In this document: piece by piece, positions 49,527 through 59,400 of the stretch
How positions within the stretch are numbered: position 1 is the first letter of the stretch
Layout: every line of letters starts with the position of its first letter
Assembly: GCA_045589515.1 (NCBI GenBank)
Contig: JAZNPH010000025.1
Span: 4,034-68,033 of the forward strand
Source of the DNA: Eubacteriales bacterium
Lineage (GTDB): Bacteria; Bacillota; Clostridia; Oscillospirales; CAG-382
Reading direction: 5' to 3'
DNA: 64,000 bases
Notes under the pieces: model-generated
Database searches by the model: none
Seen by the model: only the letters and a program-made list of their open reading frames with translations
What the model was told of the DNA's origin: nothing
Position numbers and translations under genes: made by a program

Positions 49527-52118
49527 TTACTGAGCAAATTCGATTTCCCAAATACGGTCCAAGGGAGAGGAATAGGGATTCATCTCAGCCTCGGTAGGAA
49601 GGCTGGAGGAAGCGATGACGTTGGAGTTGTAGGCGTAGAGAACGCTTCTCTGGTATACGGGGAGCTCGATGGCCAGATCAAGAACGTGCTCCATAGCGCT
49701 CTGGTACAGCTGAGTACGCTTGCCCTGATCGTTGGTCTCACGAGCGGCGTCGATGATCTCGCTGAGCTCGTTGAGGATCTTGGTCTCCTCTGCACTGCCG
49801 CTGGTCTTCAGGTGGTTATAGCCCCAAGCCAGAGTGCTGGTTGCGGTGGAATCCTTGTGGTAAACCTGATACATATCGGGATCAAGAGCGGAGGACCAAG
49901 CTGCTGCCCAAACCTCCAGAGAACCGGTGTTGATCTTGGTAAGAGCCTGGGTATCGCAAACAACCTCTACGTCCCAGCCCATATCGTTCAACAGAGCGGC
50001 GGCATCACGGAACACCTTATAGGTGGGGTGATCCTGCAAGCTGGAGCCTGCGATGGTGAACTTCACGGAAAGCCGAGAGTCGCCTGCACTGACGCCTGCG
50101 GCCTGCATATACTTCTCGATGTTGGCAACAGCGATATCCTGGTTCCAGGTACCCAGAGGAGGATAGTCAAAGTTGTTGTCGTTGGCGGCCGCACCCTTGG
50201 GGTAAGCCCAGCTTACCTTGGACATGGGCCAGAAGATCTGTGCCGCGGTACCTGCACGGTAGTAGTCAAGTGCAAGGGAGGTGTTCATGGCGCACATGAT
50301 GGCCTTACGCAGGTTGATATCGTTAATCTTCGCCGCATTGACACCGATGTAACCGTAGCCCAGCTGATCGGTGGTGAGGGTCACCATGCCCTTGGAAGCC
50401 AGAGCCTCCAGCTTCTCGTAGTTGTTGGTGGTAAGAGAGGGAGAGATGTAGTGAACGTTGCCCTCCTCCAAAGCGGCAATGGCGTTGGCGGAAGAAACGA
50501 TCTGATAACGGATCTTGGGGATCTTGGCATTCTCGATGCCCTCGCCAACGGTGTTAAAGTTTTCGTTGGCCTTGAAGTATACCACGTTGTTGGAATAGAA
50601 CTGGCTTTCGCCGGGGTTATCGTCGTTTGCGGAGTTGGTCACCTTGTAAGCACCTGCACCCATGGGGAGCTTGATGTTACGGGTGGACTGGATCACGTCG
50701 GTCATGAAGTCGAAGCTTGCGAATTCAACGCCGAACTTGTTGTTGGCAATATCCATTGCCACAGAGCTGCCCTCGCCGTAGTAGTGCTGGGGAGCAACGG
50801 TCAGTGCGAAGTTCCAGATGGCCTTGGGGTCAACACCGTCGATGGTGATCTGCAGAACGTCGTACTCGGACGCGTTGGTAACGGTGCCGTCGGCATTGTG
50901 GCCGGAAGCAACGGTGTACTGGGTGCCGTTTACGGTGATGGTGGAGCCTGCCTTATCGGTATGACCCAAAGAAACGATACCGGAGATATGGTCAACTGCA
51001 AGAGAGCCGTCTTCAGAAACGTTCTCGTGGAGGATGACCTCCTTTGCCTTGGCGGTGAACTCGGTGTTAAGCGTGTTGGCGGTTGCCCAATACTGCAGAA
51101 TGATGTTCAGCTCTCTTGCGATCTTATCGTTGTAGATGTAGTCGATAGCAGCTTCCTTGGTGGTGATTGAGGAAGGATATGCAGGGGTCATCTTCTCGAT
51201 GGTGGTACGGTCGATCTTACCGTCTGCACCCTCGGCGTACTCAACTTCCACGTAGCCCTCGGAATACATGAAGCAGAAGATCTCGTTCTTGAATTCCTCG
51301 TAGTTGCTGAAGGGCTTGTCGATGTAGGATTCCTGAGCGGAGAGATAGTCGGTCTCCAGCTCTTCCTTGAACAGCTTCAGAGCGTACTCGTAGTCAGCCA
51401 GCAGGTTCTTGTTGGAGACCTCTGCGGGGTTGGTGGAGATAGCGGTCTTATAGCCGTTGCTCACAGAGTGAGCGTTGATGGCAGCCTTCATTGCCTCGTA
51501 GCCCACCTCTTTGGTGGAGGAAGCTTTTACCTGAGAGTTGAACAGGTTGATCAGCTCATTCAGTCTTGCGGTGGCTCTGGAAGCGGCCTGAGAGGTGATC
51601 TGGCTGTCGCTGTCATCGGAGGAAGAGCCGACGGTCTGGGTTCTGTACTCAGCAAGGCCCAGAATGTCGGTGGAATACAGGGTGTTGGAGCCGGTGTAAA
51701 CAGGATCCAGATATACGTAGTAGTTAAACAGAACGTCCTCCATGGTCAGAGGGTGGCCGTCGGAGAATTTGATGCCGTTCTTAAGGACGAAGGTGTAGGT
51801 CACGGTACCGTCGCTGTTTTCAACGATGTCGTAATCCTTGGTAACCACAGCCTCGTTTTCGCCGTAGGCAACCTGCACTTCCCCGTTGACATACTTGGAT
51901 GCAAGCATGCCGATCTGGGTCATGGCAACGATGGTGCCGTCATTGGCGGAGGTGGAGAAGAACGGATTGAACAGACCGTCAAGCTGTTCCGTCATGATAA
52001 CGAAAGCGTCTACGCCGGCGCCGCCGTTATCGGAACAACCTGTAAATGCAGTCAGGATGCCCATGCAAAGAACAACGCACAGGACCAGTGAAAGGAGTCT
52101 CTTTTTCATTTTGTTCAT
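49527..52118 (-). CDS. ABC transporter substrate-binding lipoprotein, family 5 (peptide/nickel type), unusually large (863 aa)
   Basis: It has the lipobox AFTG-CSDN and family-5 SBP features (...FVLK.GIKFSDG.P.T.EDV.F....). These are spread over about 860 aa with long insertions. The RBS AGGAAGG precedes the start. Confidence 0.8.
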   Translation of the reverse strand: MNKMKKRLLSLVLCVVLCMGILTAFTGCSDNGGAGVDAFVIMTEQLDGLFNPFFSTSANDGTIVAMTQIGMLASKYVNGEVQVAYGENEAVVTKDYDIVENSDGTVTYTFVLKNGIKFSDGHPLTMEDVLFNYYVYLDPVYTGSNTLYSTDILGLAEYRTQTVGSSSDDSDSQITSQAASRATARLNELINLFNSQVKASSTKEVGYEAMKAAINAHSVSNGYKTAISTNPAEVSNKNLLADYEYALKLFKEELETDYLSAQESYIDKPFSNYEEFKNEIFCFMYSEGYVEVEYAEGADGKIDRTTIEKMTPAYPSSITTKEAAIDYIYNDKIARELNIILQYWATANTLNTEFTAKAKEVILHENVSEDGSLAVDHISGIVSLGHTDKAGSTITVNGTQYTVASGHNADGTVTNASEYDVLQITIDGVDPKAIWNFALTVAPQHYYGEGSSVAMDIANNKFGVEFASFDFMTDVIQSTRNIKLPMGAGAYKVTNSANDDNPGESQFYSNNVVYFKANENFNTVGEGIENAKIPKIRYQIVSSANAIAALEEGNVHYISPSLTTNNYEKLEALASKGMVTLTTDQLGYGYIGVNAAKINDINLRKAIMCAMNTSLALDYYRAGTAAQIFWPMSKVSWAYPKGAAANDNNFDYPPLGTWNQDIAVANIEKYMQAAGVSAGDSRLSVKFTIAGSSLQDHPTYKVFRDAAALLNDMGWDVEVVCDTQALTKINTGSLEVWAAAWSSALDPDMYQVYHKDSTATSTLAWGYNHLKTSGSAEETKILNELSEIIDAARETNDQGKRTQLYQSAMEHVLDLAIELPVYQRSVLYAYNSNVIASSSLPTEAEMNPYSSPLDRIWEIEFAQ

Positions 52119-52149
52119 ACCTTCCTATGTGAAAATTTTAAATACGTAT

Positions 52150-53457
52150 TTACTCGGCGAAAGTCAGCGTGACCTTGTTGCCGTCAACAGCAACGGTGAT
52201 GCGATCGGGAGTGTCGCCCACAACGGAGCAAGTGATCTCCGCATCGGAGAGAGCGACTTCGCCCATGCCGCACACCAGGCCGATGGAATAGTCGTCAACG
52301 CCGAAATAGCAGGAGGAATCGATCTGCAAAGCGGAGTTCAGGATCTTTACTTGCTCCAGAACCGCTTCGGCGGAAACGGTGCCTGCCAAAAGACCGTAGT
52401 TGGTGCCCGCTACGCGGGTGCCGGATTGGACGGTGAAGGTAACGTTTTCAAACGTCAGATCCTTGATGGAAGCCTTCTCCGTCAACTGACCGAACAGCCC
52501 TGCGTTCGCCTTGGAGTTGTTGGTCTGTGCGAAAGAAACGTTTTTGATGGTGTGGCCGTTGCCTTTGATCTCGCCGCTGAAATTACCGTACATAAAGGTA
52601 GTGGGCCAGATCTCCTCGGAGAAATCCAGGTCGGCACAAATTTCGTAGTGGCCGTTCAGGTTGGCGTTATCTGCCAGCTGTTCGGCGGTATAGATGCGGT
52701 ACCATTCCCCTTCCGTGTACTCCACGTAAAGTTTCAGCACGGAATCCTTGGCAGTACCGTTCTCGTAGTCGATCACACCGGGATGCACTACGTTTTCGGT
52801 ATCCAGCACCTTGGTAAAGCCGTCGTCGTAATAGGCGGCGGTGAAGGTGTAGCCCTTGCGAGAGGGGAACTTATGCATCTCAAGAGTACCTGTCTCCGTA
52901 TTCCATACAGGAGATGCGATGGTCTCGGTGGTAGGATCGAAATCCAAAGACTCAAGCACTTCCCCGGTGGTCTTGTCGCAGAATTGGATCTCGAAGCGAG
53001 GAATCCACGCGGCATACAGAGTGAGCACGGGAGTTGCGGAGGAATGGACGGCGTTGGGATCAACGGTTACCAGATCGGTATCGAACTCCCACTTTTCGCC
53101 GTAGGTATACTCCCCGTCGGCAACCTCATTGCGAACGGCGTACCAGCCGGCAAGGAAATAACCGGGTCTGGAGACCGCAAAGGCATCGTTGCCGCGGAGG
53201 GGATCGTCGGGAGAAAGCAGGGCGATCTCCGCCTTGCCTTCTCCGTTTTTGTGAAGATTTGCGGGATTGAAGGAATCCACGATCACGGAAGAATTGGTGG
53301 TAAAGGTGCCGCCGTTGGCATCAAACCTGACGCTGACGGTATACCCCTCCAAATCGTTCTTCTCGTAGGGCGTGGGCTCGGCACTGCACCCGGTGATGAG
53401 GAGCAATGCGAAAACGCAAAGCAACGGGAAGAGGATGCTTTTGATGAATTTTTTCAT
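52150..53457 (-). CDS. Lipoprotein with Listeria-Bacteroides (InlB B-type) repeats and a beta-helix/GLUG-like C-terminal half
   Basis: It has the lipobox LLIT-GCSAE -> ITG-C. The repeats are YTVSVRFDANGGTF.... / GYFLAGWY and KGYTFTAAYYD. The C-terminal part (F.GEIKGNGHTIKNVSF......AGLFGQL....IKDLTFENV) resembles parallel beta-helix repeats. Confidence 0.55.
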   Translation of the reverse strand: MKKFIKSILFPLLCVFALLLITGCSAEPTPYEKNDLEGYTVSVRFDANGGTFTTNSSVIVDSFNPANLHKNGEGKAEIALLSPDDPLRGNDAFAVSRPGYFLAGWYAVRNEVADGEYTYGEKWEFDTDLVTVDPNAVHSSATPVLTLYAAWIPRFEIQFCDKTTGEVLESLDFDPTTETIASPVWNTETGTLEMHKFPSRKGYTFTAAYYDDGFTKVLDTENVVHPGVIDYENGTAKDSVLKLYVEYTEGEWYRIYTAEQLADNANLNGHYEICADLDFSEEIWPTTFMYGNFSGEIKGNGHTIKNVSFAQTNNSKANAGLFGQLTEKASIKDLTFENVTFTVQSGTRVAGTNYGLLAGTVSAEAVLEQVKILNSALQIDSSCYFGVDDYSIGLVCGMGEVALSDAEITCSVVGDTPDRITVAVDGNKVTLTFAE

Positions 53458-53485
53458 ATAAGTCTTATAGTCTCCTTCCCGTTAG

Positions 53486-56400
53486 TTACTGTGTGGGAAC
53501 GGGGTCGATGGGATCTTCCTTTTTCAGGACGCCCTGGAGGCAATAGATGGTCAGAACGAACACAGCCACCAGGGAGAAGAGGAGAGCCACTTCCCCGGGG
53601 TTACCCTTGGATGCGGTAGAATCATTGCCGGGAATATCCTCTACGGGAGGCGTCAAGGCCAGAATACGCTGTTCGGCGGATACCAGAACGTCGTAATTGG
53701 TGACCAGTGCCTGCTGTTCCAGGGTCGCGATCTTATCATAAGCAGCACGGGCGGCTTCCACGATAGCCTTATCCTCGTAGGATACCTTCTCAGGAATGGC
53801 GTTGATTGCCTTGATGGCGGCAATGGTCACGTCATCGGGAGCTGCGGGGCCTTGGATGCGGTAGCCGAAGTACTGGTCGCAAATGAAGGAATCGTAGCCG
53901 ACGCCGTTGACGGGGCTGACCATGATCACCTTATTATCCACGTAGCCCACGTAATCCACGAAGTTTGCACCGTAGAAGACGTTGGAGTACTGGCCGCCGG
54001 TGGCGTTCCACATGAAGTAAGGGATCAGACCCATACCGGTGATGGTCACCTCAGTGCCGTCGTAGTCGGTATAATCGCCGTATTCCCCTGCGCCGGGAAC
54101 GTGCTCCAGGGATTCGTAATACGTGGGATCGAACTCCTCTTCCATAATGGGAGCGGTGTAGCTGCCGAAGACCACCAAAGCCAGCTCGTCGCAGGCGTAG
54201 AAGGCCTTGTGGCCGATGGCGATGGTCATATAAGGCATCTTGATGCGCTGTACGTTGCTGCCTGCAAAGGCGTAAGCGGCAATACGTACGGTGTCATCTG
54301 CAACGATCACGTCCTCCGGGGTATAGCCTGCGTAGGTCACAAGCTCCATACCCAAAACGTTCTTGTAGTAAAGAGAGCCATCGATAACGGAAACGGTATC
54401 GCTGATCTCATAGGTGTAGGTAGGCACTTCGTATTCCTTGCCCCCGAAGGTCTCGGTGGTGGTGGATACAAAGGGAGTCAAGGTACACATAGCGAAGGGG
54501 TTATCGCCCAAGGTAGTCAGAGCGTTGCCCAAAGTGACCTTGAAGGGAGTTACCTCTTCCTTGATGAAGGCGTAAGAGCCAAGGGATACCACGCCGGAGA
54601 GATCTGCCTCGGTGAGGGCGATATAAGCAAATGCGTAGTCGCCGATCTCGGTCACGGCGGAGAGGTTCTTCACCTCATCCAACGGATCGCAGTATGCAAA
54701 TGCACCCTCGCCAACGGTGGAGCCGTTGGGATTCAAGGTGACGGATTCCATGAGACGGTTGGAAACGAAGGCGTACTTATCGACCTTGGAAACGGAGGAC
54801 AGATCTACGGATTCCAGGCCGCATTCCATGAAGGCGTATTCGCCGATGGTCTCCACGGACTTCAGATTAATCTTCTTGAGAGCGTCACATCCTGCGAAGG
54901 CGTAGGCGGGGATCTCCTTGATGCCGTCGCCCAGCTTGATCTCTACCATATCGCGGCAGTATGCAAAGGCATATTCGCCGATGCTTGCCGCAGAGGAGAG
55001 ATCCAAGGAAGTGAACTTGGGTCCGTAGTAGGAATAGATGTAATATCCGTCCTTACCTACGGCGGCAACAGTCATGTTGGTATCCATGCAAGCGTAGTAA
55101 ACGTCGCCGGACAGAGCATAGTCGCCGATGGACTTAGCCTTGGAAAGGTCAATGGACTTAAGAGAGCACAGATTGTAGAAGGCCATGTTGCCGATCACAG
55201 CGTTTTTACCCAAAGTGATCTTCTCAAGGCTTGCGGCGTAGGAGAAGGCGTTGTTGCCGATAACTACGTCGTCTCCGATGGTGAGAGAGGTCAGAGCGGA
55301 GGAGAACTTATAACGGAAGTACTTGTCCTCGCCCACATAGAAGCCCTCCACCTCAAAAGCATTATCCTTGTTCAGGCTGAAGGCGTAATCTCCCAGAACT
55401 ACGTTGTCGCCGATGACAACGGTAGCCAGATCCAGACACTCGCTGAAGATCCCTTCCCCTACCGTCATCCCGCTGGGGATGGTAACGGACTGCAGGGAGG
55501 TGTGTGAGAAGGCGTAGTCGCCCATAAAGGCGTCGTTTGCAAAGCCGGGAAGGGTTGTCAGATGAGTCTCGAAGAAGGCGTACGCACCGATGGTGGTAAG
55601 CTTGCCAAGCTTCACAGAAACCAGGTTGGTAGAGGAAGCGAAGCCGTAGTCCGCTACTGCGGTGACCTTTTCCATCACGGCGGAGGTGATCTTCTTGTTG
55701 TGAGACAAAGCACCCTTGCCGACGGTGGTCACGGAAGCGTTGACGTATTCACCGGAAACGTTGGGAGACAGGGCGATAAGGGTCTTTCCGTCGGAGGACA
55801 GAATGTTGTCGGCAGTCTGTGCGCGGTATGCACGGTTGCCGTTTTCCACCAAGAAGGACCCGATCTTGGTCTCGCGGAAGGCGAAGGCGCCGATGTCGTT
55901 CACCTCGGGACCGATGGTAACGGTCTCCATGGCCTTACACTGGTAGAACATACCCTCGGGCAGGACGGCGGAGTTGATGCGGAATTCCTTCAAGGATTCA
56001 CAACCGGTGAAAGCGTATGCACCGTATTTCACCTTATCTGCCTTGACATCTGCGCTTGCAAGCTTCTTACAGCCTGCAAAGGCGTACTGGCCAACGGACT
56101 GCAGAGTGTCCGCCAAAACGATGCCGGACAGGTTCTGGTTTCCTGCAAAGGCGTAGTCGGAGATCACGCAGATGGCATCCAGCGCAAGAGTTCCGCGGAG
56201 GTCGCAGTTCTCGAAAGCGTTCTGGTTGATGATCTTCAGGTTGTTATCACCGCTGAAAGTGATCTTCTTAAGAGAAGTGCAATTGTAGAACGCGCCGTAG
56301 TCGATGGCCTCCAGGGTGGAGGGGAACACGATCTCTTCAAGAGCGGTCAGGTTTGCGAAGGCATAGGAATTGATCTTTTCCACGCCCTCGGGGACGACCA

Positions 56401-59400
56401 CCTTGGTGATAGTGTTGTCACCAATGAACCATGCCTTGGAATTTTCGGCATCGTCAAAGGCAAGCTCTTCCTCCGTCTTCATGATGTATTCGAAGTTGGA
56501 GAAGGCAAACTGGCCGATCTCGGTAAGGGCAAGCTTTGCGGGAATGTCTACCAAGCCGCCGTTGCCGTAATAGTGAGTCAAGCTGGAGCCTGTTTTGATG
56601 TAGGGATCCTTGACCTCTACGGAAACGGTTTCGGAGTAGTAGGTGCTCTTCCCTTCCTGCATGACCTTGACGGTAACGGAAGCGAAGCCTTCCGCAACGG
56701 CGGTAACGATGCCGCTTTGGTCGATCTTGACGATCTTTTCGTTGCTGGATTCGAATTCCACGGTGGTGTCGCCGGGATAATAAGCATCCAGAGAATACTG
56801 CAGCAGAACGGACTCGGAGGGATACATTGCAAGGTTGAAGTTGCCTTCAAAGAAACGGACGTTACCGGTATCGCCGATGTCCTTATCCTCGTTCACCACA
56901 ACATAGTAGGCCTTCAGAGTCTGATAGCCGTCCAGGGTGAATACATCCACAACGGGCTTGTCGTATCTCTCGTAGCCCTCGTCTCCTTCCTTCAATACGG
57001 TGACCTTGAAGGTGACGCTTTCGTTGGTGTTGGGGTCCTGAGCCTTGATGATGGCGTTACCGGAGGAAACAGCCACCAGCTTATTATTTACCACGCGGAC
57101 AACACTGGGCTTGGAGGAGGAGTAGTGGAGCAGCTCGCCCCACTGGGTATAGGGATACACGATGGGCTCCAAAGTGTAAACCTCGTTGGGGCTGAGGGTG
57201 AGACCGTCCTCCAGGCTTTCGAAATAGAACTCGGTGAAGTCGTCGGGAAGAGGGATCTCGAAGGTTGCGGTGTTCAGCGCATAGTCGTAAACACTGACAA
57301 CGAAGCTGTTCTTATTGGTTGCGTTATGCTTAATGTCAAAGAGGTAATCCGTCAGCTCGAAGGTCACACGGGTGGTGCTGTTCTTCTTGGAGTATACGGG
57401 AGTCATATACTGCTCGAAGGACTTCATTTCGGGAGTGGGATTGCCGTTTTCGTCCTGACCCGTGGTGACATAGCCAAGCTGTGCGCTCATGGCGTAGTGG
57501 TTGTCGTAGATCAGCACGTCGGCGTAGAGACGGTTCTTCTTCAAGGTCTTGTCGTACTCGTAGTAATACTCTACGTCGGTAACGGTGGGAGCCTGGAAGT
57601 CGATGGTCAGAGGGAATTCAAAGACGTTGTTCTTATTGGTATCCAGGGCACCGTCGCCGTAATCCAGATATCCGGTGAGGGTGACGATGAACTGAGTGTT
57701 ATTGGCAAAGTTATAATTTGCGGTATCGAACTCTATCTCAATATTAGAGGGGTAGATGGAAGGTCCGCCGTCGCTGTAGGACTTACGCACCATATCGTCC
57801 ACACAGGTGAAGACCACTTCCCCGGTGGTGGCGTTGGAGATGGCCACTTCGATACGTTCGGCGTTACGAAGCATACCTGCCCAGACAAAGCGCAGGGAGT
57901 GGATGGTGCCGTCCTTATTGGAAAGGGCGATGTACTGCTCGTTGGCGGCGATCACCATGTCCTTGGGATCCTGCAGGAAATAGTAGGAGCCCAGGTAGCT
58001 GACGTAGTCCTCGCTGACACCGCCGACGGGACGGGTAGCGTAGGCGTCTGCCATGGTCTTGTCTTCAAAGTCGATGCCGTCATCCAGCTCGTCTGCGTTG
58101 GTATCGTAATAGGTCAGATCGAAGAGAGGCGCAACGGTCCAGTCACCGTAGAAGGCAAGGTAGGGAACGTTCAGGTCATATTCGGTGCCTGAGGTAGCGG
58201 TGAGGGTGATGTAGCCCTCCACATACATACCGTTTTCAAAAGATTTGTTCAGATAAGCTTTATCCGCATCGGACAGGGTGACGGTGACGGTGACGTCCAG
58301 GCTATCGCCGCCGTAAACGGTAACGGTGTTCCCCTGAAGGTGGCCGCCATTATTGTCCTTGGAGGTGACGGTAACGGTAGCACCGTCCAGAATGTAAGAT
58401 TCCTCGGTAACGGTGGTCTTACCTGCGCCGGTCTTGGTGTCGCTGACTCCCTCGGTCATTACGTAGGCGCCAAGGTCGTAGGAAACGGTTGCATCGCCGA
58501 AGTTGTTAATGGTGAAGGTCATCTCGTAGACGCCGGTCTTGGAGGGGTCGTCCCCAAGCTCCAGCTTGGCCTTGTCCATCAGGTTGCCGTTCTTGTCCAG
58601 GGTGGTGATGTAGGCAGGGGTGTTCAAAGCGTTGGAAAGGCTACCCAGACCTGCGCCCTGCTTACGAACGGAATAAGGAAGGCCGTTTTTGCCAAGGGCG
58701 ATGTCTGCGGTGGACATGAGAAGTCCGTTGACCATGGCATTGACCTTGTTGTTATCGTTTGCGATCTCGGGGAAATTCTCCACCACATACTGACGGAGAA
58801 GAACTACCACGCCTGCCAGGTTGGGGCAAGCCATGGAGGTGCCGGAAAGACGGTCGTACCCGCCGCCGGTAACAGAGGACAGGATGCTACCGCCGTGAGC
58901 GGTGATCTCGGGCTTAATGCGGAGATCGGGAGTGGGGCCCCAGGAGGAGAAGTCGGAGATAAAGGGACCGGAGGTCTGGGAACGGCTGATCAACAGCTTG
59001 CCACTACCCACAGCCGCCAGCATTTCGCCGTCGTCCTGGGAGATGGAACACACCGCAAGGGTGGTCTCACCCACGTTCATTTTGATATCGCCGGACACAT
59101 TATTATATATGATGATACCTGCCGCGCCCTGTTCCTGGGCGATGATGGCTTTTTCCTCGAAGGTGTTGGAACCGCGGCGTACCAGGGCGATCTTGCCCTT
59201 CACGTCCATACCGGTATAGTCGGCGGATCTACCCACGCCGGGGATGAGGACGAATTCCAGCTCGGCGGAATCCTTGTCTCCCAAAAGGGTATCGAAGAAG
59301 TTATTCTCTTCACTGGAGGAATTAACGGATTCGGTGAAGTACACGATGGTCTCGCCATATTTGATGTAAGGAGTCTCCACGCCGCTGATGGAAGCAACGG

